A DNA stretch of 34,730 bases from assembly GCA_032718475.1 (NCBI GenBank), contig JAUCBJ010000305.1, positions 1 to 34,730 of the forward strand, given 5' to 3'. The translations under genes and the position numbers were made by a program. The notes beneath the pieces are model-generated. The model worked only from the letters and a program-made list of their open reading frames with translations, had not been told where the DNA came from and did not search any database. Positions within the stretch are counted from its first letter, which is position 1. Each line of letters starts with the position of its first letter. Below, piece by piece: positions 9,733 to 21,033 of this stretch. The DNA comes from Nemertoderma westbladi (Eukaryota > Animalia > Xenacoelomorpha).

Positions 9733-11059
9733 ATAGTACAGCTGTAGCCTAACCTATATAGACAAACAGGCTAAAAAATAATCGATTTACAAATTAGGCC
9801 TACCGGTACAAATTTAAAAAAATGTATTATTTGTCAACAAAAACAAATTTTCTAACGTTTAACCCTGCCAGGCCCAGGGCCAGCGGCCAGGGTATGTTAA
9901 ACAAATATTGAATATTCTTCACCGACCACCGTTGACATGGGGTATTTTTATTATTTGTATTATTAATTAATAAGACATTTTAATTAGATTTTGCTACAGT
10001 TAAACAATTATTTCACAACTTTTTATTGTTTTAGGTTTGCTGGATGGGAATGTGGGAATAAGTGATAAGTAAACGCTGCCAGGTTACGGCGGCAGCATTC
10101 CAACCAAAACAATAACAATAAACGATGTTGTTACCTACAACAAACAGTAGGCCTACAAACAAACTGACAAATTGAGGGAAAGTAGCAGAGGATCGGACTC
10201 GGACAGCCACAGGCAGACAGGAACAGCACACTGATAGGTGAACAAAACAAGCCAATATAAAGACAAAGAAGACAATGCTTCAATGCGCGAGATGGCAAAA
10301 AACAAAATACCGGTACTGTAATTAAAAAGTTATGTAAAAGTTTGGTATGGTATGGTCTGGTCACTATTATGTTATTATATATTGTCATAATATAATGCAG
10401 TAATGGCAATTATTATTATTAATTATTATTAATATATTAAGAGCATATTATTAGCCTAATATGCTCATTCAGTCTGGGAAATTAGCCCAATAGGGAAACT
10501 TATTTATTTCCCTATAGGGAAATTTGTGTTTCCCTATACGGAAATCAAAGTTTTCCCTATAGGGAAATTATGCAAATCTTGGTTTTTAATTAATTTTACA
10601 TGATTTTTATTTATTTTAGACTACATTTCCTGGTTTCTGTTTTAATAATAATGAATAATATTAAGTGCTTTGATTCAAAATATAGGCCTATTGAATAATG
10701 GTACACTACACTGCCTACACTTCATTTATATTTGAATTTATATACATCATTTACTTTTAATCAGAGGTTGTTTATTTTCATCAAAAACATCACCTCCCCT
10801 TACAATATTCCTTCACCTTTTAAGCTTTTATGGCAATTCCCTTGCACAACACACACTTCGAAATGAAAGACAGAAAGACACTGACTAAATATTTCATGAT
10901 AATAGCATCCAAGAGTAATGTGTTGGATTAACCAATCACCAATGTCATTCACAATCACTAATCATAGGACTCCCAAGTCTTTTTGTAAATCTGTGGACTT
11001 TAGTGAGTGGTCGAGCATTACCTTACAGCTTACAGCTTACAGCCTTACATTGGTCGTGG

Positions 11060-12225
11060 TTAAAAAGAAGTTGCCACAATTTGCTCCAGCGGTACAGGAT
11101 ATCCAAATCACTGGGGCAATAGAGGTGATGTTACTAGGGTCAAATATAGCAGTATAGCGGTGTCTTTGAGGTCATCGGCGAAAAGATGAATGAGTAGAGT
11201 TGGAACATCATCCACATATCCAAGGAATATGAAAACTCCAGCAACACTTCCCAGAGGAACACCACTGTCACAGGTAGCCACAGTGATGCTTTCCCACTGA
11301 TGACGACGCGTTGGTATCTACAAGAGAGAAACGCCCGAAACGAATTTAATAACTTAAGCCGGTTATTCCAGGGAAATCTAATTTGACAATCAGTCTCTGC
11401 TGTGGCACTGAATCAAAGGCTTTCCGAAAGTCCAAGTATACATCGATGCACATGCGATTATCTAGTACTTTGGACCAATGGAAGATACAATCAAGTAGTT
11501 GCAGATTGCATGATCACCCTTTCTGCCTTTCTGGAAACCGTATTGATCATAGGGTATAAGGTTATTTTCCTTAATGTAGCTGTATGTTTCATTGACAATA
11601 TTTCGTTCCATAAGTTTGCAGACCACTGAAGTTAGACAGATAGATCTGAAGTTTTCACACAAATATTTACTACCATTCTTAAATAGCATAAGAAATGTTG
11701 GCAGGTTGGCGAGCTTCCAAGCGAAGCGCTCTTTCATTCATTGACTTATTAATAAATGAAAAGTAGCCTTTTCAATATCAGCTAGCAAACGAACCATCAT
11801 CCTGTATTGCTTGTCTTGCCTTTGTCTTTGGTACATTGACCTTATAAATTTCCAAAATATTTTGGAGTTACCAGGGACATTACTTGCAGTTTTACGTTCG
11901 TAGGCAACCTTCTCCTGTTTAATTACCGAAATACATTTGCTTCTAGCTTGCTTGTTGTAGGCTGTGAAGGAAGAAAGTGTTTTTTTATTTTTGTAGCTAA
12001 TCCAAGCTGTTCCTTAATTCTTATTTGAGATTTGACGATTCCATTTATCCACTTAGGTTTACTGGATGAAGGTCCTGACTTAGTTGGAATGTTATGTTTA
12101 TATGTGAAAATCAGCTCTTTTTGAAATAGGTCCAATGACGAATGTAGGTCTAATGGCTCTAAGATGGAGGCCCAATTAATAGAGCTCAGATCCTGGAACA
12201 TCGAGGGATAGTCAGCTGACAACAG
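11060..12225 (-). mobile_element. Degenerate CR1/L2-group LINE ORF2 fragment
   Basis: Minus-strand pieces: ADYPSMFQDLSSINW...KPKWINGIVK (11923-12222), ENFRSICLTSVVCKLMER...QYGFQKGR (11462-11737), and DSGVPLGSV...YVDDVP...LFADDLK (~11165-11270). Confidence 0.85.
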
Positions 12226-13174
12226 GCTTTACATATACCACAACCACCCTATTATTTTTAATAATGCTACTCTCAAATTCAAATAGAATTTTACTGTAAT
12301 CCAAAACTACGGCAAAGGCTGTGAATAAATTTAATATAACTATAATATAATAAATTAGGAACCGAGAGGTTCATTACTGTAAGAATTGCTCGAGACTGGC
12401 TGGCTGGCTGACTGATCTACAGCCAAAACTACTCTAACGATTTTGATGAAATTTTCACGGCGGCTAGATACGGCGATTCTAAGGTCCCTTGTATGTTCCG
12501 CTATTTCGTCCATGAGCCGTGGGCTCGAAAAATAGACATAAACGAAAAAACGCCATAGCCGCAATGATAAAAACACCAGCTGGCACTCATGAAAAATGGA
12601 TAGAGATGGCCTAGTAATGCTATTCTATAGGAATGGCCACCTAACGAGGAAATGCTTTCTGTGCCAAGTATTATCCTCACTTTACAACTCAGACAGTAAG
12701 CAAACAAAAGCTGTGGGCTTCTAATGTATTACATCATAAGCTGATTGCTCTCCCAATAGCCCTCACACACTCACTGAATCGAATGAAATCGAATATCTAT
12801 TAGCTTAATGCGAATAGCTGGTAAACTGAATGCCATTTTAGTTATTGTGTACTGTTGATTGCAGAGTTGACTGCTATGTTGTATGTATTTAATTAAAATA
12901 ATTTTCGTAGAGGGAAGTTAATTTGGGATTACTCTCTATCAGATGTAAGCAAAGCTGTTCAATGGGGTGGGTCATGGGACCCAAATATAGTACATTATGC
13001 ATGGCAAACTTTAATAAAATCATTCAGTCAACCTGAAGGGTATTTGCTTTAGTTAACTACTGTGTGAAAAGCGAATTTATAATGTTACCCATACTTCAGG
13101 TAAATGAATTTTTAGATATTTTGTACTGAAGGCAAGGATTTCTGATATAATTAAAATACAAGACAGGGGCTTGT

Positions 13175-13410
13175 TTCGATATATGTAGTTGCGCCCTTCG
13201 AGCAGCACGTGAGTTAATCAAATATTAGACACAATGTTTGACTTTGTCCCTTCGAGCAGCACGTGAGTTTTGCTTTGACCCTTCGATATATGTATTTGCG
13301 CCCTTCGAGCAGCACGTGAATTACATCAAATAATAGACACATTGTTTGACTTTGTCCCTTCGAGCAGCATGTGAGTTTTGCTTTGACCCTTCGATATATG
13401 TATTTGCGCA
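13175..13410. repeat. 107/108-bp tandem repeat, ~2.2 copies
   Basis: TTCGATATATGTA starts at 13175, 13282 and 13390. Each unit has two CCCTTCGAGCAGCA(C/T)GTGA subrepeats. Confidence 0.92.
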
Positions 13411-13419
13411 GCACGGGGA

Positions 13420-14297
13420 GTCGACTCAGACCGAGCCAAGCCGAGCCGAGCCGAGCCGAGCCGAGCCGAGCCGAGCCTAGTCAAGCCCAATCGAGTCGAG
13501 TCGAGCCCAATAGAGCTGATTCGAGCCCAATCAATCCTAGTCGAGCCCAATTGAGCTGGACCGAGCCCAATTGAGCCGGACTGAGCCAAGTTGAGCCAAA
13601 TCGAGCCAAGTCAAGCCCAATCAATCCCAATCGAGCCGAGTCGTGCAGATTGAGCCGAATCAAGCCCAATTGAGCCAAGTCGAGCCGGACCGAGCCAAGT
13701 CGAACCCAATCGAGCCGAGTTGAGCTGAGTCGACTCAGACCGAGCCGAGCCGAGCCGAGTCAAGCCGAGCCGAACCGAGCCAAGCCGAGTCGAGCCGAGC
13801 CGAGTCGAGCCGTGTCATGCCAAATTGAGCCCAGATTGAGCCCAATCAAGCCGAGTCGAGCCCAATCGAGCCGAGTTGAGCCCAATTGAGCCGAGTCGAG
13901 CCAGACTGAGCCGAGACAAGCCCAAATCGAATCGAGTCGAGCCCAATAGAGCCGGATCGAGCCCAATCAAGCCTAGTCGAGCCCAATTGTGCCGGACCGA
14001 GCCAAGTCGAGCCCAATCGAGCCAGACTGAGCCAAGTTGAGCCAAATCGAGCCGAGTCAAGCCCAATCAATCCCAATTGAGCCGATTCGAGCCGAGTCGA
14101 GCAGATTGAGCTGAATCGAGCTCAATTGAGCCAAGTCGAGCTGGACCGAGCCGAGTCGAACCCAATCGAGCCGATTGAGCCGAATCAAGCTGAGTCGAGT
14201 CAGATAGAGCCGAGCCGAGCCTAATCGAGCCAAACCGAGCCGATCAAGCCAAGTCGAACTAAATCGTGCCCAATCGTGCAAGACCGAGCCGAGCTCG
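13420..14297. repeat. Degenerate pentamer satellite (GAGCC)n with GAGTC/CAATC/CAATT variants
   Basis: About 880 bp of 5-bp periodicity; this produces the spurious LGSAR-type ORFs in the track. Confidence 0.95.
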
Positions 14298-14392
14298 TTG
14301 TCTCTTTTAATTGAAATAAAAAGTCGGTTCCTTATCGGGCCGCTAGGCCCGTCACTAGTCTATAGTATGAATGAACGAACGTATACATCTGT

Positions 14393-17048
14393 CAGTCAGG
14401 GAGATCATCAATTTTGGGGTTACCCCAAATTTCGAATTCTGGTAATAGACTGTCGAAAATTGGGGTTTTTTGTTCTAATTTGAGGTATTTTTAGGCTCAT
14501 AATATCGAGTGTTGCTGCGACTTAGGGAAACTATTGGAGCAACTTCTACTTTTAATATGTTAAAATATAATGTAAAATAAGAACTTTTATCGATGCAATA
14601 AAATATTTCACCGATGCAAACATGCTTTTATTGGGGGCGAAAATTGAAATTTGAGGTTAAACCTCAAATTTGAGACAAAACCTCAAATTTCGCCAGCCTT
14701 TACAACATCACCAGCCTGTCAGCAGTAGGGTGTAGCAGTAGGCTTTGCTGCTTAGTGCTTATAGAGCTTGGTGAGAATGGGTGACCAGTGTAACCTGTGA
14801 CATGACATGTATGCAGGGTAGGCTTAACCTTACAGCACAGTAACTTACAGTCAATAACTTTAATGATTGTTAACTCAGTTAGTGATTGGTGAGAAAAATG
14901 CAGAAGACTAGAGACTCTATCCTTACAGCCTTACTGTTGGTAAGAAGAACAGTAGACCAAATCCTCACTGTTGCGAGATTCAAGCTCACACAGCTGCACA
15001 GTCACAGTCACAGAGGAAGACCTACTATATCTTGTGGATGTTGAATCAATTCCAGAATTTGGAAGTTTACATATACTGGCATTCATCTGTTCTGTTCATC
15101 ATTCATATCACACATCTTCGGAAAAAAATATGTTTTCTGGTTGTTGATGTCCTCTTTAACACTTTGTATATCAAATGAAGCCATTCCTCTCCTGATAGCC
15201 TGAAGACTTATGTAATATTCGCCTGTCTGCCTGTCCTAGCTCTATCTGTCAATTGGAATACTGTACCATCAGTTTGGAGCACAGACAAATGTTGCCGCAA
15301 AGGTTGACAGGTTGACGTGGTTTATACAATATATGTGGACTTGATTCTTTTGTTAGTTATTCTATATGACTGGCAACTGGAGACTCTAAAGTTGGAACCA
15401 CCACCTAACCTACTGCAGTATACAATAATACATCAAATAAACTTCAATTTGATAATGTGCTTTAAACTTATATGTAAAGATCTAAACCTGATCCTCCATT
15501 ACAACAATGTGCAACATAATATCCCAGCCAGACATCCAATGCAATCATGACCTGGCCATATATATAAAATTATGAAGCAAAGGCCAAGCCCCGCCCATGT
15601 GCCCATGCTGCCATGTCTGGGTCTGCTTTTTCCATACATCACCTCTTCTTTATCAGGGTCATTAACATATGGAACATGCTGGACCTGGAACACAGTAGAA
15701 ACATCATCATCTCATCACTAATCGCTAGTCTTTTAAACAGTCTTTAGACTCTGCTTTCTTATCAATACATCTGAAATGTTTTAGAAATCTAAGTGACTGT
15801 TTGTTTATAGGCCTACTATACATACATAAATCCTTATAAATTGACCTTATGAGGAACCAGAATCATTTATAACTTGGGCAAAAAGTATAACCTTTTTCAC
15901 CAACCTATTCTCGAGGCTTTATCTCATTTCTGGAGTAAACCTTGCAGGCACTAAAGTTGCATTGCAATAGTCGATAGTGTGTAGGGATGGATTTTGCTTT
16001 TTATTCCAAAATTTTAACATTACGAAATGATTGTACATATACATTTCGATCAAAAATTTTGATCAACACTTTCAATGAAATTTTAGAAATTCCACCAAAA
16101 ATATTTTGGCACTTGTGTCAAATCAAATAGGTGACCCTCCTAATCTGCTAATCCTGAAATCACCAGCTAATGCTGAAATTTAGTGCAGGTGATATCAATA
16201 TTCCTAACTCTTGTTTATTGTTTTTTGGTTACTTTCAACTCACCTCTGTAACCTGCTCCTTTGCTAACCCTGTAACCGGACACCAGTGAAAGTGACTTTA
16301 GTTTTGGTGATTTCAGGATTAGCAGAATAGGAGCTAGGAGGGTCTCCCTACAGCCCTATTTGACACAAGTGCCAATATTTTATTTTACTTTTTTTACCGG
16401 GAGAAAAAGTAAAATCAATGCAAAATTATGGCTCTGTGGTGCATTATTATGTGGCAATATTATTCAATATTATTGCAGGTTGCTGTGTTGCCGACTTTGC
16501 AAAAGCTGTGCCCAACAAAAAGTTACAATATTCAGATATTACGGGGACAACTTTTTCCCTACTAGTGGGGAAAAAAAGTAGGCCTACTACTTTTTCTCCC
16601 GATGTTAGGGCATATTCAAGCAAAAAAGTAACAATATAAAAATATAAGTTCTTTAAGCTCTGTACTTCGTTTTATAGGCCTATGTCTACCATCTGATCAG
16701 CCACCCCACTGCACCCCTACCAGTAGCCTTTTTATGTATAAGCCTTTTTAAACTAATACTGAATATGTTTTAATTTTAAATATTATATTTCACAACACTC
16801 AGACACTACCCTAGGCCTACATCAGTTTATTTTTTTACCTTTGCAATACAGTAACAAGCTAACAACTACTGAACTAGGACAACTATGACTTCTGTCTGTA
16901 TCTGGCTATGCTGCTATGAAATTCAAATTTGGGGTAAACTCGAATTTAGAGAATTAACCTAACCTTGTATTAAAATTGAGGTAATTCCAAAATTGGGTCT
17001 ATAATTTGAAATTTGAGGTATTCTCAAATTTGATGATCTCCCTGACTG
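14393..17048. mobile_element. 2.66-kb DNA transposon with CAGTC termini and 5-bp TSD TCTGT (hAT5-like), nested in the 10470-17655 element
   Basis: TIR CAGTCAGGGAGATCATCAA at 14393 and TTGATGATCTCCCTGACTG ending at 17048. TCTGT lies at 14388-14392 and 17049-17053. Subterminal palindromes of the AAATTTG(A/G)GGT..CC(C/T)CAAATTT type are present. Confidence 0.9.
16097..16381. mobile_element. ~280-bp foldback MITE-like element with ~70-bp imperfect arms
   Basis: TTGGCACTTGTGTCAAAT...GACCCTCC...CTGCTAATCCTGAAATCACCA is mirrored by TGGTGATTTCAGGATTAGCAG...GGAGGGTC...ATTTGACACAAGTGCCAA. The TSD is unresolved. Confidence 0.65.
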
Positions 17049-18679
17049 TCTGTACATAGGCTATCCCAAAGACAATGAAAGAAGATGCATGAACGCACAG
17101 TGGTATTAACAACACATCTAAAAGTCTACAGATCTATGCTATATATATTCTACATGATATATGTACTGCATGTATGTAGCATAGAGCTGTAGAGAGGCAT
17201 AGAAAGCACAACAACAAACAGACAAACATGTTGGAATTTCAGCTCACAGTGCTGTTTGCAGTTATACATTTATATCAGTTATCAACAAACCACCTAAACT
17301 TTTATGAAATTTTGCAATATTTCCCTATCGGGAAATTTTTGATGTCATTGTGAGAGATATCCATGGTAAAATTTCCGTATAGGGAAACATATGCATGTTT
17401 CCCTATAGGGAAACAGGCAAAGTTAATTTTCGCATGTCTGTAAAACCCCCAGGCCCAGGGTAGTAGTTGGCTGCCTTGGGGCAGTAGTTATATTGAAGAC
17501 AGAGTAGAGGTGAATGACCTAGTATATCTCACTTAATGCGCTATGTCATCAGTGAATGCGCTATAGCGATTATGCAAAAATTTCCCTATAGGGAAATAAA
17601 AGTTTCCCTATATGGAAATTTTAAAATTTCCCTATTGGGCTAATTTCCCAGACTGTCATTACAGCATTAATATTGTATAAAATATTAATAAATAAAATAG
17701 TATAAAAATATTAATGCAGGCAGAGTGATGCAGATTATAATGCTGATTAATACAGATTCCACATCATCTATTATCTGATTTACCGGTATTACACCAAATA
17801 GACAAATATCAATATCTGATAGTGAGAGGGAGAGTCAAAGAATACATGTAGCCATCCAGCATCTGTTGTCTTTAATAATCTGTATTATATCCCTGTCAGC
17901 CTGTTACTAGGCCTATCTTTGTCATCTGTATCTGCCTATAGCCTATTAGCATTATTGCAGAACTAGGCAGACATAACTCTGTAACTGCAATGATCAATTT
18001 AGGGGATGTTGAGGTTGACAGTCTAAAAATATGAGTTGAGTGATTAGCTGATTAGTTATCGAGTTATAGTAGGCCTACCTACAGACAGACAGACCTAGCT
18101 GCAGCTGGATAGAATTTTGCAGTCTTTCGCCAGGGTCATTCGGGTTTGACTAAATACGCCACCGACAACCACCGACACCTTTCGCATACCACCGACAACC
18201 ACCGACAACAAAAGACACAAACCGACACAAACCGACAGGTAAGATCGCAAACCGACAGTATACCGACAACTTCGGCAATGTTAGTAAACTATTTCAGTAC
18301 ATGATTATACAATTTTTATTTCCAGTCCAAATATTTATAACAAAGCATATTGTCCATTGTCGGCCTGTTGTCGGTGGTGTAATTAGTCATGATAATTTCT
18401 TTAAAATATAATACCGCCTTCATATATTATCTTGTTTTAAATTATTATATTGCATAGCGTAATGGTAAAAATCGTTAGTGTTTTTCATATGTCGGTGTGT
18501 TGCTATTATTATTAGTTTTTGTCGGTGGTAGTCAGACTGTTGTCGGTGGTAGTCAGACTTTTGTCAGTGGTATATTTCTGCGGTATCCGTTCTTAAACTT
18601 GGACATACAGTACAGTGCGATAGGCCCCTACAATGCCGAAATTTATTACTTTACATACAGCTGCACATTGTGTGACGTA

Positions 18680-21033
18680 CAGTTGTGTTCTCAATTAAAG
18701 TCCATTCTTCAATCTGTTCAATCTGTTCAATTTCCTCAATCTGTAAAACTCTTTCATGGCACCGCAAGTTTCTAGCCCACTGAGTGATTGACAGACGGTC
18801 GTGGTTGGCTCCACAAAGTAAAGCTATTTGTTGATTTGAATGAGTAGATTAATGCAGGGATCAGATAAATTAAGGGGCACTTGCAAGCCAATAAAGTAAA
18901 TGTATTTTAGTAAGCATTATTTACAGTATATTACAAATTAAATGTTTACTAACTGATTACATTTAACATGGTATAGCAAATAAAGAGATCATACCATAAA
19001 TGTAAATAATTATTAACAATTATTTTTTGTTTGAATCTTATTTATAGGTAACAAACAATCTATCAAACATTCTTGGAGGTCTGTTGTAATATTGAATGCA
19101 AGGGATGGGATATAGGGCGGTTAGCCAAGTAAAATAATAAGTATTGTTGGATACTGCAAAAGACTGAATTTTTTACCATATAATACAATTAAATAGAATA
19201 TTGAGTTAAAGTATAAGTAAATGGTGTAGATATTATAACATTTGTTTGATAAACACATACAGTGTAGGGTGTGGCTCTCCATCCTTAATCCGAATAATAC
19301 ACAGTACTTATTACTTATACTACTTGTACTTACTACGTACGTGTACTACTACGTACGTTCACGTTGTGAACTCCAGCATACTCTGTAATTTACTTGGTAC
19401 TTGCCCCCCCTTTATTCTGTAATATTAATGGAATTACTGAGTGAATATGATCTATGTACTTCTTGCATCGATCAACTGTCAGCACGTTCTTCCAGAAATC
19501 GTGTATTGCCTGGATTAATTCACCTTTGTTCTGGGGTTGCGCATTATTTCTTAAATGTTCTTTTAACTCGTGCCATACAAGTTCGATAGGGTTCAAGTCT
19601 GGAGATTCCGGCGCCCAGAAATCCGGATTATAATTTATGTTTGCGTTATCTATGTATTTCATTGTAAGTTTACTCCTATGACAGGTAGCTGAGTCCGCTT
19701 GTAAGACATAATTATTGTCCTTGTAATGTTTCTTTATAAAGGGAACAATGGACGATCCCAACATCTTACAGTAAAGTTCCGAGTTTATTGTAGTTTTTCC
19801 TGAGATTATGATCAACGGTCCTTTATTATTACCCTTATTAACTATAATATTAACTATCCTTTATTATTACCCCAGTCAGATAAGAGATAATAAATCAGTA
19901 AAAACTAAACTAAACTGTCTTTCATGCAAACAAATTTCTAACTAAAGAAAGGGGGAATGACCATGACCATGGAAATAATTTTAAATATAATTGTATATCA
20001 ACTATTTGGGGAGGCTTCCAAGTTAAACCCGAAAACAATTATTTTGTCACATAGTAAATAACGTTGTATGTTCTTCTTCCTCTCATAATAAAATATAAAT
20101 GAAATATCTCAGATCGCTATGCCCTGTAACATTTCACAACCAAAATATTTAAGTGTGAAAAGTGTAGGCCTACCACACTCCGCCCAAACAACCGCAAACG
20201 CATAGCCAACAAATTTAACAAAAGGTTACATACATGTTGGGTTCATGACGAGATGAGTGAAAATTGATCGCGTAATATTTATTGTAAAAAATTAAGAGAC
20301 GGGCTGGCTCTCCTCCACTTTCTTACCCAATGGATATGTTGTTGTAATAATCTAATATTGAGGGCGGCTTTCTCTCGTTGTGTTATTTGCATGCTTTTAT
20401 TTGTATATTTAAATTAAATAATTGAATAATAAGTAAGATAAATATATTTAATTATAAACAATTATTTATTGAAAAATTATTTATACAGAACGATACATTC
20501 TACCAAGCATTTTTCCAGGGGTTTATTCGTTTATTGTAATATTTAATGCAGGGAATAGTGCGGTTAGCCAAGTAAAATAATCTACAGTACATTGTATAGA
20601 CTGCAACTGGAAAGGAGGAATTTAACTACAGTATTCTACAGTACACTACAGCAATTCAGTAGAACACCACACACACACCAACTGTATTGTTACAGTGCCT
20701 GTCAATCAATCTAAGGCTTTGCGGGATCCCATTAGTAGCCTGGCCTATAGTTGTTTGATGCAGCCGCCCTGCTCTTTGAGCTTAGTCTACCCGCCTAGCC
20801 GCCCTGCTCTTTATTCCCCTGCCCTATACTAACCCATGGCATCTCTGCACAGAGGGATACTTCGGCTCTACATTTTCAATCTGTTTCAATCTGATCAATC
20901 TAGACAGAAAGTCTGGATTGAAGAAGTTGAAAGTAGGTTCAATTTCATCAATCTAACTATTATTTTTCTACGAGAGTAGATTGATTCAGATTGATGCAGA
21001 TTGAAGAATGGATTTTAATTGTGAACAAGACTG
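18680..21033 (-). mobile_element. Tc1/mariner-superfamily element, 2.35 kb, TA TSD, internally deleted
   Basis: Imperfect 37-bp TIRs CAGTTGTGTTCTCAATTAAAGTCCATTCTTCAATCTG and CAGATTGAAGAATGGATTTTAATTGTGAACAAGACTG. TA lies at 18678-18679 and 21034-21035. The empty site TGTGACG-TA-ATTGG is visible in sister units (~21750, ~26390). Confidence 0.92.
19390..19815 (-). pseudogene. C-terminal half of a Tc1-like DDE transposase
   Basis: LQADSATCH...WAPESPDLNPIELVWHELK...NKGG. The first catalytic D and the DNA-binding domain are absent. Confidence 0.9.

Larger units (their letters stand above)
12355..14359 (+). mobile_element. Helentron-associated (HINE / DINE-1-like) non-autonomous rolling-circle element
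   Basis: The 5' subTIR AGGAACCGA (12357-12365) has an adjacent short IR and a (CTGG)n microsatellite. The 3' subTIR TCGGTTCCT (14324-14332) is followed by the hairpin CGGGCC-GCTA-GGCCCG (14336-14351) and CTAGT (14355-14359). Confidence 0.7.
10470..17655. mobile_element. 7.2-kb DNA transposon shell with CAGTC termini and 5-bp TSD TCATT (hAT5-like), expanded by nested insertions
   Basis: TIR CAGTCTGGGAAATTAGCCCAATAGGGAAA at 10470, with its reverse complement ending at 17655. TCATT lies at 10465-10469 and 17656-17660. The subterminal palindrome TTTCCCTATAGGGAAA is repeated at both ends. Confidence 0.88.

Noticed and set aside
10031-10082. Possible plus-strand micro-exon of a divergent gene (TTTTTAG|GTTTG...CAG|GTTAC)
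   Set aside because: The donor is weak, there is no recognisable peptide, and I found no partner exons.
13326-14281. LGSAR/AEPSR repeat proteins
   Set aside because: Translations of a 5-bp satellite, which are stop-poor by construction.
16398-16601. Short inverted repeat CGGGAGAAAAAGTA / TACTTTTTCTCCCG
   Set aside because: Probably another small decayed MITE, but its ends and TSD could not be defined, so it is not listed as a feature.
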